From IMG/VR virus record IMGVR_UViG_3300017755_000030: a stretch of DNA of 35,388 nucleotides. The stretch is one strand, 5' to 3'. The notes under the pieces were generated by a model. It saw only the letters and a list, made by a program, of their open reading frames with translations, was not told the DNA's origin and made no database searches. The DNA is from a virus. A program made the position numbers and the translations under genes. This document shows positions 21,488 through 31,949 of this stretch, one piece after another (within the stretch, counting starts at the first letter, position 1; every line of letters begins with the position of its first letter).

Positions 21488-23305
21488 ATGACGCTCGTAC
21501 CCCTCGACATCCCCGCAGGATTTTACCGAAACGGAACTGATTTAGAGCAGTCTGGCCGCTGGCGCGATGGCAGCTTGGTCAGGTGGCGGGATAACAGCTT
21601 GCGCCCAATCGGCGGGTGGCAAGAGCGCAAAGCGTCATTCAGCACAAACCCTGTGCGCGGAATGCACACATGGGAGTCAAATACCGGCACGGCCTATGCG
21701 GCTGGCGGTTCATATAATGAACTTAAAGCCATGACCGGCGGTGGCACTGTGTACGACATTGCTCCAACAGACCTAGCGACAGGCCGCGAAAATGCGGAAG
21801 TCGAAACGGGTTACGGATACGGATTTTATGGTGACGGGTTTTATGGTACTCCGATCCAGCAAAACGCCAATGCTGTTCCAGAAGAAGCCACCCAATGGAA
21901 TTTAGATAATTGGGGCGAGTATTTGGTTGCTTGCAATAAGGATGACGGGCGCTTGTTGGAGTGGCAGTTAAACCCAGCAGTTAAAGCGGCTCCGATTGCA
22001 AATGCCCCTACGGGCAATCTTGGTTTAGTTGTAACGGAAGAGCGTTTTATCTTTGCCTTGGGTAGTGGCAACAACCCGCGTAAAATCTCATGGTGTGATC
22101 GTGAAAACAACACAGTATGGACGCCAGCAGCTACAAACGAGGCTGGCGATATTGAGCTTGCCGACAGCGGGCAGATCATGCAGGGCGTTAGAACGCGAGG
22201 CCAGACGCTTATTCTGACGGATACATCAGCCCACACAGCGCGATACCTTGGCCCGCCTTATGTGTATGGCTTTGAGCGCGTTGGTACATCGTGTGGGGCA
22301 ATATCCCGCAAGGCTGCGTCTGACGTTGATATGGGCGTATTCTGGATGGGCCAGCGTGGTTTCTTTAGGTTTGATGGTAACAGCGTTCAAGAAATACCCT
22401 GCGATGTCTTCGACTATGTTTTTGGCGACTTCAACCCAGCGCAGCAATCAAAGGTTTGGTCGTTTGCCAACGGCCAGTACGGCGAGGTGTGGTGGTTCTA
22501 TTGCTCTGAAGGCGCTACTGAAATAGACCGCTACGTTGCTTATGATTACAAGGAAGGCCATTGGCTAATCGGCAACCTATCACGCACGGCTGGCGTCCAG
22601 CGCGGCGTCTTTCGTTATCCGTTCATGGCAGGAGAAAATCCCGAAACGGTAAATTATACAGTCACAGTGGTTAATGACGGTGGCAATAAATATGCAATCG
22701 GAGGCATTTCTGGATCTGCGCCAGCTTTGACCTTTGTGCGGGGCAACACATATGTGTTTGACCTCTCAGACGCGTCAAACTCTGGGCATCCTTTTGCATT
22801 TAGGACAAGCGCAGATGCGTCATACACTACCGGCGTAACGACAACAGGAACGGCTGGGCAAGCTGGAGCCAAGGTTACTATAGTGGTGGCGAGCGATGCG
22901 CCAGATAGTTTAAAATATTACTGCACCGTTCACGGCAATTCTATGGGCAACACAATTTCTGTTGGCGGGCCGGTCAGTATTTATGAGCATGAAGTGGGCC
23001 TTAATGTAGATAGCTCATCAATCTTTGCCGAAAGCGGGCCAATATCTATTGGCGCAGGAGATCAAGTTGCGCGTGTTACTGAGCTTATCCCTGACGAAAA
23101 AACGCAGGGAGATGTCAACGTCACGTTTAAGACACGGCTTTACCCAAATGGCGCTGAGACAAGTCATGGTCCATTCACAACTGCAAACCCAACGTCAGTA
23201 AGGTTTACTGGTCGGCAAGTTCGTATGCGGGTTGATGGAGTAATCTTGTCTGACTTTAGGGTTGGCAACATGCGAATTGACATGAAGGCTGGGGGCCGTA
23301 GGTAA
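21488..23305 (+). CDS. Major tail (nozzle/tubular-type) structural protein with an inserted cupredoxin-like domain
   Basis: 605-aa ORF. The N-terminus LDIPAGFYRNGTDLEQSGRWRDGSLVRW is typical of a conserved podovirus tail protein. Insert at 22652-22970 (see findings). Confidence 0.65.
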   Translation: MTLVPLDIPAGFYRNGTDLEQSGRWRDGSLVRWRDNSLRPIGGWQERKASFSTNPVRGMHTWESNTGTAYAAGGSYNELKAMTGGGTVYDIAPTDLATGRENAEVETGYGYGFYGDGFYGTPIQQNANAVPEEATQWNLDNWGEYLVACNKDDGRLLEWQLNPAVKAAPIANAPTGNLGLVVTEERFIFALGSGNNPRKISWCDRENNTVWTPAATNEAGDIELADSGQIMQGVRTRGQTLILTDTSAHTARYLGPPYVYGFERVGTSCGAISRKAASDVDMGVFWMGQRGFFRFDGNSVQEIPCDVFDYVFGDFNPAQQSKVWSFANGQYGEVWWFYCSEGATEIDRYVAYDYKEGHWLIGNLSRTAGVQRGVFRYPFMAGENPETVNYTVTVVNDGGNKYAIGGISGSAPALTFVRGNTYVFDLSDASNSGHPFAFRTSADASYTTGVTTTGTAGQAGAKVTIVVASDAPDSLKYYCTVHGNSMGNTISVGGPVSIYEHEVGLNVDSSSIFAESGPISIGAGDQVARVTELIPDEKTQGDVNVTFKTRLYPNGAETSHGPFTTANPTSVRFTGRQVRMRVDGVILSDFRVGNMRIDMKAGGRR

Positions 23306-23961
23306 TGCCGGTTCCAGTATTACCCCCCATTGGCCCCGACTTACGCCAGTGGGGGCGTCAGCTAACAATATACTTGCAGCAAAACCTAGCAAAGCTTGGT
23401 TTTAAAACATCAACGGATAACCCGTCTGAAAACGGCGTCATCTTATGGGATAACGTAAACGGCTACCCTGTCGTATCTAAGAATGGCGAGTTTCGGCAGA
23501 TTGTTCTGGAAGATGGTCACGCTGACTTTATGAAGACGTCTGACGTCGTGCCGGTAGCAGCAAACACAGCGTACAAGCTGACTTACGATGCTCCCACCGG
23601 CAACGACGGAATAACACAGGGAACGCCAGCTTCAAGGATTGTTTTTGAAGAAGCGGGCCAATACGTCATATCGTTTTCGGCGCAAATATCATCCACATCA
23701 GCCAGCACGGTTCACTTCTACTTCTGGCCCAGCGTGAACGGCACAAACGTAGCGAACAGCGGCATGACAACAGCGCTGCACCGGAATAACGCCACACTGG
23801 TCACGTCACGCACGCAAATATTTACCGTTGCGGCGAATGACTACTTGGAAGTGAACTACATGATAGACAGCACAAGCGGCTTCTTAAACTACACCGCAGC
23901 GTCTTCGCCTGTGCCAGCAATACCCGCCTCAACCTTAGCGATTACGAGGCTTCATGGATAA
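23305..23961 (+). CDS. Tail-associated protein with a beta-sandwich-like C-terminal domain (possible receptor-binding protein)
   Basis: 218-aa ORF with an ATG/TAATG junction. The C-terminal half has jelly-roll-like alternation (YVISFSAQISS...YLEVNYMID). Confidence 0.5.
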   Translation: MPVPVLPPIGPDLRQWGRQLTIYLQQNLAKLGFKTSTDNPSENGVILWDNVNGYPVVSKNGEFRQIVLEDGHADFMKTSDVVPVAANTAYKLTYDAPTGNDGITQGTPASRIVFEEAGQYVISFSAQISSTSASTVHFYFWPSVNGTNVANSGMTTALHRNNATLVTSRTQIFTVAANDYLEVNYMIDSTSGFLNYTAASSPVPAIPASTLAITRLHG

Positions 23962-24316
23962 AGAGCTTGAAAGATGCCGTGATTGGATTGAGGCCGCTCT
24001 GGAATACTCAGGCGGCACGCATGACTTTATCGACGTTGCCGAGGGTATATACAAAGGTAGCATGCAGCTCTGGCCAACGCCGAGGGGGTGTATAGTAACT
24101 GAAATCGTGGTATATCCTAAGAAGAAGGTTTTAAACGTATTTCTTGGCGGCGGTGAATTGGGTCAGATTTTAGATATGCACGAAGATGTGGTAGCATGGG
24201 CAAAATCTCAAGGATGCTCTGCATTGACGATGACAGGCCGGTTTGGCTGGAAGAAACCATTGAAGGCGCATGGATGGGTTCCATTGCACGCCTCATACTT
24301 GAAGGAGTTTGAATAA
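23954..24316 (+). CDS. Hypothetical conserved virion-module protein (120 aa)
   Basis: ORF overlapping the upstream gene by 8 nt, with a TAATG junction downstream. Confidence 0.6.
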   Translation: MDKELERCRDWIEAALEYSGGTHDFIDVAEGIYKGSMQLWPTPRGCIVTEIVVYPKKKVLNVFLGGGELGQILDMHEDVVAWAKSQGCSALTMTGRFGWKKPLKAHGWVPLHASYLKEFE

Positions 24317-25008
24317 TGGCAGGCGGCAAGGGCGGCACACAGACGTCAGAGATTAAGATTCCAAAATACATCGAGGATGCGGCTCGCCGCAACTTGGCTA
24401 AAGCAGAGGACATCAGCCAGATTGGCTATGTGCCTTATTACGGGCCAGACGTTGCAGCATTCACGCCAATGCAAGAGGCATCATTCCAGCAAGCTGCTGA
24501 TGTGGCATCTGCGTTTGGCCTTGCCGCGCCTACGACACAAACGGACATTATGGGCGGTATGCCTGCCCCCACCCAATACGCTGGCGGGGTAAGGGGCTAC
24601 AGCGCAGCGCCAATATATGAGCAGGCTGTGTCTGAGCTTGCCGCACAGCGCCCAGCGCAAGCTGAATATCTGCAAAGCTTTTTCATTGATCCAATGACCG
24701 GCGAAGCCATACGGGATTACGGCCAGCCAGCGGTATCTCCCGTTGCGCCTATGGCATCTCCCGTTGCGGGTGGCGGGGGAGGGTCTGATGACCCCATATA
24801 CACTGCGCCAACCGGCAACCCATACGCAGATGATTATTTTGGCGAAAGTATTGTGAACTTTGTATCTGGCGGCGGCATACTCGGCGCGGCGAAGGATGCT
24901 TTTGCTGGCCTAAGCGATACCCCATCGCAGTCGGTGGCAAGAGACTTGCGCCGTCAAGGAATTGAAGCAAGTGGCGGCGGCGGCGTCTACACTGGCGGGA
25001 ATAGATAA
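24316..25008 (+). CDS. Internal virion / ejection-type protein (putative)
   Basis: 230-aa Gly/Ala-rich ORF located between the tail genes and the portal gene. Confidence 0.5.
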   Translation: MAGGKGGTQTSEIKIPKYIEDAARRNLAKAEDISQIGYVPYYGPDVAAFTPMQEASFQQAADVASAFGLAAPTTQTDIMGGMPAPTQYAGGVRGYSAAPIYEQAVSELAAQRPAQAEYLQSFFIDPMTGEAIRDYGQPAVSPVAPMASPVAGGGGGSDDPIYTAPTGNPYADDYFGESIVNFVSGGGILGAAKDAFAGLSDTPSQSVARDLRRQGIEASGGGGVYTGGNR

Positions 25009-25019
25009 AGGATAAGATA

Positions 25020-25697
25020 ATGGCTGGACAAGGTGGAAAAGGCGGCGGTCAGGTAGCGCAGCCATTTAACGTGAACCAAGCGGCGGCTGGCGCATTGCAA
25101 GGCGCGCTTGGTGGCACGCAGGCAGCAATGACAGGCCCGCTGCAAGTTGGCGCGTTTATGAACCCATACACGCAGCAAGTGATTGATCGCACGCAGCAGG
25201 ACATTGCTAGGCAGCAAGAGATGGCAATGAACCAGCTTGGCGCTCAGGCATCAGCAGCGCGTGCGTTTGGTGGATCTCGCCAAGGTGTTGCCGAGGGCGT
25301 TGCTGCTGGGGAATACGGGCGCATGGCAGGCGATATTGCAGCTCAGCAGCGCCAAACCGGATATACCACAGCAATGCAGCAGGCGATGGCCGACAGGCAA
25401 GCACGCCTTGGCGCAGCATCACAGCTTGGCGCATTGGGCCAGCAAGCATTTGGCACGGGCCAAGCGATCCAGCAGCAAACTGCGCAGCAAGGCTTATTGC
25501 AGCAAGGATTGCAGCAGGCGCTCATCGATGCAGCAAAAGGCCAATACGCTGGATACACAGGCGCACCACAGGCAGCTCTTGCCGCGCCATTGGCTGCGCT
25601 TGGGGCAGCGCCAGTGCCACAGGCAACAACGCAATCACGTCAGCCCGGTCTGTTTGATTACTTAATGGGCGCGGCCTCAATTTACTCTATGAGCTAA
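25020..25697 (+). CDS. Gln/Ala-rich internal virion-type protein (putative)
   Basis: 225-aa ORF. FMNPYTQQVID...GGSRQGV and Q-rich repeats. Confidence 0.5.
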   Translation: MAGQGGKGGGQVAQPFNVNQAAAGALQGALGGTQAAMTGPLQVGAFMNPYTQQVIDRTQQDIARQQEMAMNQLGAQASAARAFGGSRQGVAEGVAAGEYGRMAGDIAAQQRQTGYTTAMQQAMADRQARLGAASQLGALGQQAFGTGQAIQQQTAQQGLLQQGLQQALIDAAKGQYAGYTGAPQAALAAPLAALGAAPVPQATTQSRQPGLFDYLMGAASIYSMS

Positions 25698-25709
25698 GGA
25701 ACGTAAGGC

Positions 25710-26819
25710 ATGGAAAACCAAGGTTTAAGCTTCACAGAGCAAGACTTTATCGGTCAGGAAAAAACAGACCGCCGCAAGAATATGGCTGGCGCGCTTGCTG
25801 GATGGTTAAACAGCATGTCGATCAATCCTGACCCAAACTTGCCGCAAGTCTTGCAGGCAGCGCAATCAAGGCGCGCAGACAAGATTAAAGGCAACCGCAC
25901 GGTGAATATGCTTGAGCAGGCTGGTCGCACTGATCTTGCCGACATGGTAAAAGCAGGAACGCTAGACCCGAAGCAAGCAGCAGCGCAGCTATTTGCAGAA
26001 GCTGGTGAGCGCCGTGCGTTTGAGCGGCAGAAGGAATTGGCAAGGTTCCAAGCGGGGCTGAAGGGGCCAGCGAAGCCAACAGCGTTTGAGTCTAAAGTGG
26101 CTCTGTACAGGGCATCATATCCTGACCTTACAGACGCACAGGTACTTGAGAAAATTGAATCTGTAGAAAAAGCGCCTAAAACTGTTGTTAGCGTTGATTA
26201 CGGCAAAGAGGGCGGCCCACCTAAGTCATTCGAGTTTGTTGATAAGGCGTTTGCGAAAGATGTTGTGCAATGGAGTTCCGGCGGCGCTACTGATGCGGTC
26301 AAAAACATCAACCAGATCAGAGATGTTGTTCAAGACATTGATATGGCCGTGTCTGAAGGTAGAACTACATCAGGGCCGCTAATAGGAGTTCAGAACGACT
26401 TAGTCCAATCGTTTGTGAACCCCGAGGCAACAGATATCCGAAACCGAGTCCAAGAGGTTGTTCAGCGTAACCTTAGAGAAATACTTGGCGCTCAGTTTAC
26501 TCAGGCTGAAGGCATGGCGCTGATTGAGCGGGCTTACAACCAAAGGCTGTCCCCTGAGATGAATTTGCGCAGACTTAACGCTTTGCTGGAGCAAATGTCT
26601 ACCGCCGCAACGGCAAAGCAGCAGATGTATGAGCATTTTATGAAAGAAGGAACTCTATACGGGTATAGAGCTGGCGCAACTCTCCCAACCTTAGATCAAC
26701 TTCATGGCGTTATGGATGTGTTTGACCGGCAGCAGGGCCGTGACACAAGCGATTTGCGGCCAAAACCCTCTGGGTCCAGCGCTATACAAGCAGCCGACAA
26801 AATAGTTGGGATAGAATAG
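25710..26819 (+). CDS. Internal virion-type protein (putative)
   Basis: 369-aa ORF in the same block. Assigned by position only. Confidence 0.45.
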   Translation: MENQGLSFTEQDFIGQEKTDRRKNMAGALAGWLNSMSINPDPNLPQVLQAAQSRRADKIKGNRTVNMLEQAGRTDLADMVKAGTLDPKQAAAQLFAEAGERRAFERQKELARFQAGLKGPAKPTAFESKVALYRASYPDLTDAQVLEKIESVEKAPKTVVSVDYGKEGGPPKSFEFVDKAFAKDVVQWSSGGATDAVKNINQIRDVVQDIDMAVSEGRTTSGPLIGVQNDLVQSFVNPEATDIRNRVQEVVQRNLREILGAQFTQAEGMALIERAYNQRLSPEMNLRRLNALLEQMSTAATAKQQMYEHFMKEGTLYGYRAGATLPTLDQLHGVMDVFDRQQGRDTSDLRPKPSGSSAIQAADKIVGIE

Positions 26820-26830
26820 GGTTAAGCGGA

Positions 26831-28600
26831 ATGGCGACATCACAAGAAAAAGCTGAAAAATACGCTAATTGGCTTGTTAATAACCAAGACAAAAAAGGCA
26901 CTTCCGAATGGGATACTGTCTCAAGCGCTTACCGCGAAATTCGGCAGCAAGCAGCAGCTCCCGCCCCTGCGGCCCAAGAAGGTGGCGCAATGGAGACATT
27001 GGCAGATGTCGGAGCTGGCTTAGGCTCTGGCGTTGTCAGGGGCATTGAGGCAGCGGCAAGCCTCCCCGATTTAGCGGGAAGAGGAATAAGCGCAGCACTT
27101 CAATACCCTATGGGCCTTTTGGGAATAGAAAGAATAACCCCAGAAGAAAAAGAAAAAGCACAAATTCTGGACATCCAGAAAGACATAATACAGCCGACAG
27201 CTACAGCCGCTGGCGCAAGATACGAGCCAGAAACAGTATATGGGGAGCTTGCGCAAAGAACTGGCGAGCTTCTTCCTTTTGCCGCAGCAAAGCCTGTTAA
27301 GTTTGCCTTAGCGCCAGCGGCGGCTGGTTACGCAGCAGAAGAGGCGGCAGAAGAAGCGGGAGCCGGTGAGGGCTTGCAGCTTGCGGCACGACTTGCCGGA
27401 GAGATTGCTGCGCCTTTGCCCGCAGGGAAGGCAATCGACACAGTTAGGGCGATAGCTGATTTAAGAAAAACAAAGGATCTAAGCGATCTTGCGAAGTCTC
27501 CAAGCCTGACTGAAGCGCAATCTAAGAGAATGCAGCGAGCGGCAAGGCTTGAGGATCAGGGCATCAAGGTCAGCGCGGCGCAAGCTGTGGGGGATGATGC
27601 TGCATTGAGGGCAGAGGCCCAAACATCAGGCGCAGCGGAGTTTATGCAGTCTCAGCTTGAAAACTTCACATCTGCTGTCATGCAAAAAATAGGATCTAGC
27701 TCAAAGTTTGCTGACAGTGCGGCGCTGACTGAGGCCCAAGGCCGCATTGGCGGCGTGATGAATGAGGTTTTATCCGGCACTAACACAAAATTATCCGCTG
27801 GTGATGCAAGGAAGTTTTCCAAAGCTTTGCAAAAGTTTAAAAACTTGAAGCCATCAGGCGTAGAAATCGAAAGCATGAATAATTATTTTGCAAACGTTAA
27901 CAGGCGTATTGCAAATGCTGCTGTCGGAAAGCCTTTGACGCCGGATGAATATATTTCCTTTAGAGGCGAACTAAGCAAGCTTACTATGCGTAGCGAGAAA
28001 GCAGTTAGAGATACAGCAACAGACATGCTGAACGTGCTGGACGGCGCAATGGATAAGACTTTGAGCGATCTAGGAAGGCCGGAAGACTTTGAGCGCCTTA
28101 AAGATGCAAGAAGGATGTACCGCGATTATATCGCAGTCGAGGATGCCGCTTTGCGGGCGGGGGCCGCCCAAGCTAATGACCTTATAAGCCCAAGCGCCAT
28201 GTCATCAGCCTTGAAAAAGCAAAGCAAGCGTCAGTACGGGCAGGCTAAGCGCGGGGATCTGGGTGATTTAGCATCAGACGCCGATGCTGTATTGAGGTTC
28301 CCTAAAACGTCTGGAACCGCTGAAAATCTTGTGGCAGCAATCGGGCCTGCCGTCGCCAAATATGGCTCAAGAGGCTTGGTTGGATCTGGGGTGGCTAGCG
28401 TAGTAGGGATTGATCCCAGAATCGGTGCCGCCATTGCCACTATCGGCCCAGCAACATTTGACAGATTGGCCCTTACAGAAAAGGGCGTCCAGTACCTAAC
28501 CAATCAGATGGTTAAAAGCGATCCAACTTTCTTTACCAAAGATAACGCCAGAATGATTGTTGGCGCTATTGCAAATGCGATCAAGGAACAGGAACAATAA
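26831..28600 (+). CDS. Large internal virion / DNA-ejection-type protein (putative)
   Basis: 589-aa Ala-rich ORF immediately upstream of the portal gene. No enzymatic motif recognised. Confidence 0.45.
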   Translation: MATSQEKAEKYANWLVNNQDKKGTSEWDTVSSAYREIRQQAAAPAPAAQEGGAMETLADVGAGLGSGVVRGIEAAASLPDLAGRGISAALQYPMGLLGIERITPEEKEKAQILDIQKDIIQPTATAAGARYEPETVYGELAQRTGELLPFAAAKPVKFALAPAAAGYAAEEAAEEAGAGEGLQLAARLAGEIAAPLPAGKAIDTVRAIADLRKTKDLSDLAKSPSLTEAQSKRMQRAARLEDQGIKVSAAQAVGDDAALRAEAQTSGAAEFMQSQLENFTSAVMQKIGSSSKFADSAALTEAQGRIGGVMNEVLSGTNTKLSAGDARKFSKALQKFKNLKPSGVEIESMNNYFANVNRRIANAAVGKPLTPDEYISFRGELSKLTMRSEKAVRDTATDMLNVLDGAMDKTLSDLGRPEDFERLKDARRMYRDYIAVEDAALRAGAAQANDLISPSAMSSALKKQSKRQYGQAKRGDLGDLASDADAVLRFPKTSGTAENLVAAIGPAVAKYGSRGLVGSGVASVVGIDPRIGAAIATIGPATFDRLALTEKGVQYLTNQMVKSDPTFFTKDNARMIVGAIANAIKEQEQ

Positions 28601-28601
28601 C

Positions 28602-30692
28602 ATGCAACCACAACCAAAAGATCGCCGCGAGATAGAAAGCATTGTTCAGAATGCGATCAGCGAGGCAGTTGACTTCGTTGAAAGCGAAATCAGCCAAGAC
28701 CGCATCAAGGCGCAGCGCTATTACGATGGCGAGGTTGATATTGGATATGAAGACGGGCGCAGCAAGGTTGTGGCGACTAAGGTGCGAGATACCATACGCT
28801 CAATCAAGCCGAGCCTTATGCGGATCTTCATGTCAAGCGCAAGGCCGGTAGAGTTTATCCCGAAAGGCCCAGAGGATGTTGCATTGGCCGAGCAGGCCAC
28901 CAGCTACGTCCAGCATGAGTTTACGCGTCTCGATGGATACAGCGTGCTGAATGATGCGTTCCAAGATGCAATGGTCAAGAAGCAGGGCATCGTAAAGGCA
29001 TATTGGCAGGATTACCCTGTTGCCGAGATATACACTTACACCGACTTATCGGACGATGAATATACGTTCTTGCTGGACGCTGATGACGTTGAGGTGCTTG
29101 AGCATACGATGGAGATGTCTATCTCTATGGATGAAATGGGCATGGAGGTTGAGCTTCCCATTCATTCGGTCAAGATCAGCCGCACAGAGATGAAGGGCGA
29201 GCTGCGCATGGAAAGCGTGCCGCCAGAAGAGTTCTTCGTTAATCGTGATTGCCGCTCATTTGACGATGCCTATGTCGTAGCGCACCGCACAGATATGCGT
29301 GTTGGCGACCTAGTTGAAATGGGCTTTGACTTTGATGTCATATCCAACCTGACGCCAATCGACGGCACAAACGACATGACCGGCGCAGAAGTACTTGAGC
29401 GGCAAGGATATGAAGAAGACTTGTCAGACGAGGACGAGCTAGATCCAGCCATGAAGCTTGTAGGAATTACAGAAGCTTACATGCGTATGGACATAGATGG
29501 CACAGGCGTTCCGGTGCTTTATAAGTTCCTATGCGGCGGCACGGCATACGAGCTGCTGGATTACATGCCATGCGACGAGATCCCGTTTGCCAAGTTTGAG
29601 GTCGATCCAGAGCCGCATAGTTGGTATGGCCATAGCGTATCTGAGCTGATTGAGAATGACCAAGACGCGGCAACATCAATCTTGCGGGGGATCTTGGATA
29701 ACGTAGCCATGACCAACAACCCACGCATTGGGATTGTGGACGGCGCGGTAAATATTGATGATGTGCTTAACAACGAGATCGGTGCTTTGGTCAGGATGCG
29801 CCAAGCCGGAGCCGTGCAGGATCTGAGCGTACCATTTGTTGCGGGCCAAACCCTATCTGCGCTGACATATATGGATCAGCTTACAGAGCAGAAGACAGGC
29901 GTTACAAGCGCCTCTGTGGGGCTGAACCCAGACGCATTGCAGTCTACAACCAAAGCAGCCGTTCAAGCCTCTGTGCAGGCTGCTGCGGGCCAGACAGAGG
30001 TAATGGTGCGTAATCTTGCTGGCGGTATGCGTGAGCTATTCGGCATTATGCTGCGCTTGATGAATAAGAACGTAGACGAAGAAAAGATGATGCGTATGAA
30101 CGGCCAGTTTGTGCCGATTGATCCGCGTGTCTGGGATACGTCTATGGACATTAGCATCAACGTCGGGCTTGGCACAGGCCGCGAAGAAGAAAAGCAGATG
30201 GCATTGCAGCAAGCCTTGCAGATGCAGACTATGGTTTACCAAAACTATGGCCCAATGAATGGCTTGGTGAGCTTAACCAATATCCGCAACAACTTGGCTG
30301 ACCAGTTGGCCTTATCCGGCGTGCGCAATGCTGATCGCTACTTCGCGCCAATCACGCCAGAGATTGAGATGCAGATGCTACAGATGCAGCAGCAACAGCA
30401 GGCGGCAATGGCGCAACAGGGTCAGGCGCAAGACCCGAATGCTGCATTCTTGCAGGCTGAGCAGATGAAGGCGCAGACTAAAGCGCAGACTGACATGATG
30501 AAGCTTCAGTTAGATGCTCAGAAAGCAGCGGCAGATGATGATCTCAAGCGCGATAAGATGGCTCAGGATCTGATGGTAGATGCCGCCAAGATATATGGCC
30601 AATACGGAACCGCAGTGGACACGGCTCGCATCAAGGCAGAGCAGGATAAAGTTCGCATGATCGGCGGCATTGCTCAGGGTACACCACAGTGA
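28602..30692 (+). CDS. Portal protein
   Basis: 696 aa from the ATG at 28602 (RBS AAGGAACAGGAA). Size, the position upstream of scaffold and capsid, and a Q-rich helical C-terminal barrel-like tail support the call. Confidence 0.75.
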   Translation: MQPQPKDRREIESIVQNAISEAVDFVESEISQDRIKAQRYYDGEVDIGYEDGRSKVVATKVRDTIRSIKPSLMRIFMSSARPVEFIPKGPEDVALAEQATSYVQHEFTRLDGYSVLNDAFQDAMVKKQGIVKAYWQDYPVAEIYTYTDLSDDEYTFLLDADDVEVLEHTMEMSISMDEMGMEVELPIHSVKISRTEMKGELRMESVPPEEFFVNRDCRSFDDAYVVAHRTDMRVGDLVEMGFDFDVISNLTPIDGTNDMTGAEVLERQGYEEDLSDEDELDPAMKLVGITEAYMRMDIDGTGVPVLYKFLCGGTAYELLDYMPCDEIPFAKFEVDPEPHSWYGHSVSELIENDQDAATSILRGILDNVAMTNNPRIGIVDGAVNIDDVLNNEIGALVRMRQAGAVQDLSVPFVAGQTLSALTYMDQLTEQKTGVTSASVGLNPDALQSTTKAAVQASVQAAAGQTEVMVRNLAGGMRELFGIMLRLMNKNVDEEKMMRMNGQFVPIDPRVWDTSMDISINVGLGTGREEEKQMALQQALQMQTMVYQNYGPMNGLVSLTNIRNNLADQLALSGVRNADRYFAPITPEIEMQMLQMQQQQQAAMAQQGQAQDPNAAFLQAEQMKAQTKAQTDMMKLQLDAQKAAADDDLKRDKMAQDLMVDAAKIYGQYGTAVDTARIKAEQDKVRMIGGIAQGTPQ

Positions 30693-30931
30693 GCGCCGAC
30701 ATCCGCATACAAGCCGATGACGCAAAGCGGCTAAAGAATGACACGGCGTTTCAGGCGTTCGTGGACGATGTTCGTGAAGAGCAAATGCGCCTCTTCGCCA
30801 ACAGCGCAGCCTCTGACATAGAGATGCGCGAAGAAGCACACGCAATACTGCGTGCGTTAAACAAGATCGGTGACGCACTCGACGCTGCGATTGCAGCAGA
30901 GGTCATTTTAGATCGCAAACGAAGGAACTAG
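30689..30931 (+). CDS. Hypothetical head-module protein (80 aa)
   Basis: GTG-start ORF overlapping the portal stop codon. Confidence 0.5.
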   Translation: MSADIRIQADDAKRLKNDTAFQAFVDDVREEQMRLFANSAASDIEMREEAHAILRALNKIGDALDAAIAAEVILDRKRRN

Positions 30932-30935
30932 CACC

Positions 30936-31928
30936 GTGGAAGCGACTAGCCTAAATAATGCCGTAGAGGCAATGTTGGCCCCAGAGCCAACAGAAGAAAA
31001 TCAAAGCGAAGCAGTGGAAGCAACTGAAGCGCCAACTCAAGACGTTGAGAGCGAAGTGGTTGATGATATTGCCGAAAGCGATGATGACGTCGAGGCATCC
31101 GACGAAGACATGGAAGGCATAGAAGATGTCGAATATGTCGAAGATGACCAAATTGATGACGACGACCTAGTAGAGGCGGCTGAAGACACCAGTTTCATCC
31201 CCGTTAAAATTAACGGCAAAGAAGAAAACTGGACACTGGATCAGTTAAAGCAATCTGCGGCGGGTCAGGGTTACATCAATCAAAAGATGCAAGAGAATGC
31301 AGCCTTGGAAAAACAACTCAAGGAACAGTCTCAAGCATTAGCCCAGCAGCAGCAAGAAATCTTGGCTATGTACCAAAACGCACAGCAAGGTGGTCTGCAA
31401 GCCCCAACCCCACCGACTAAAGAGCTTTTCGACCAAGACCCTATTGGGTACATGGAAGCGAAGCTGCAATATGACGAGGCAAAGGCAACGCATGACCAGC
31501 GGCTAACTGAACTTCATGGAATGCAGCAGCAGCAAGCGAAGCAACAGCAAGAGGCTCAACAAGCCTACCTTGCCGAGCAAGCGCAAGTGCTGACCCAGCA
31601 TATCCCTGAGCTTGCAGACCCAGAGAAAGGCGAGAAGTTAAAATCAAGCCTTATCGAAACTGGGGTTTACTACGGCTGGACGCCAGAAGAAATGTCCAAA
31701 GTCGCAGATGCAAGGTATGTGCGGGCATTGAATGATGCGCGTAAGTACAGACAGTTGGTAGCGAATAAGCAGAAGTCACAGGCAAAGGCTAAAGGCGTGC
31801 GCCCTGTGGTGAAAGCTGGTGCAAAGAAGCGCCCAGATGGGCAGGCTGCTACCCGTAAAAAAGCGCAACAGCGCTTGCAGAAGTCAGGTTCAATCGATGA
31901 CGCATTGAGCTTGATGTTAAAAAGCTAA
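30936..31928 (+). CDS. Scaffolding protein
   Basis: Extremely acidic N-terminus, Q-rich coiled-coil centre and basic C-terminus. Lies between portal and major capsid. GTG start with GAAGGAA RBS. Confidence 0.7.
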   Translation: MEATSLNNAVEAMLAPEPTEENQSEAVEATEAPTQDVESEVVDDIAESDDDVEASDEDMEGIEDVEYVEDDQIDDDDLVEAAEDTSFIPVKINGKEENWTLDQLKQSAAGQGYINQKMQENAALEKQLKEQSQALAQQQQEILAMYQNAQQGGLQAPTPPTKELFDQDPIGYMEAKLQYDEAKATHDQRLTELHGMQQQQAKQQQEAQQAYLAEQAQVLTQHIPELADPEKGEKLKSSLIETGVYYGWTPEEMSKVADARYVRALNDARKYRQLVANKQKSQAKAKGVRPVVKAGAKKRPDGQAATRKKAQQRLQKSGSIDDALSLMLKS

Positions 31929-31949
31929 CTCCTTGAAAGGATTAAGGAA

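Noticed and set aside
24316-28600. Possible lytic transglycosylase or peptidase domain in the internal-virion-type proteins.
   Set aside because: I could not recognise catalytic motifs (such as an ES...GLMQ-type SLT signature) by eye. The proteins are left as position-based structural calls.
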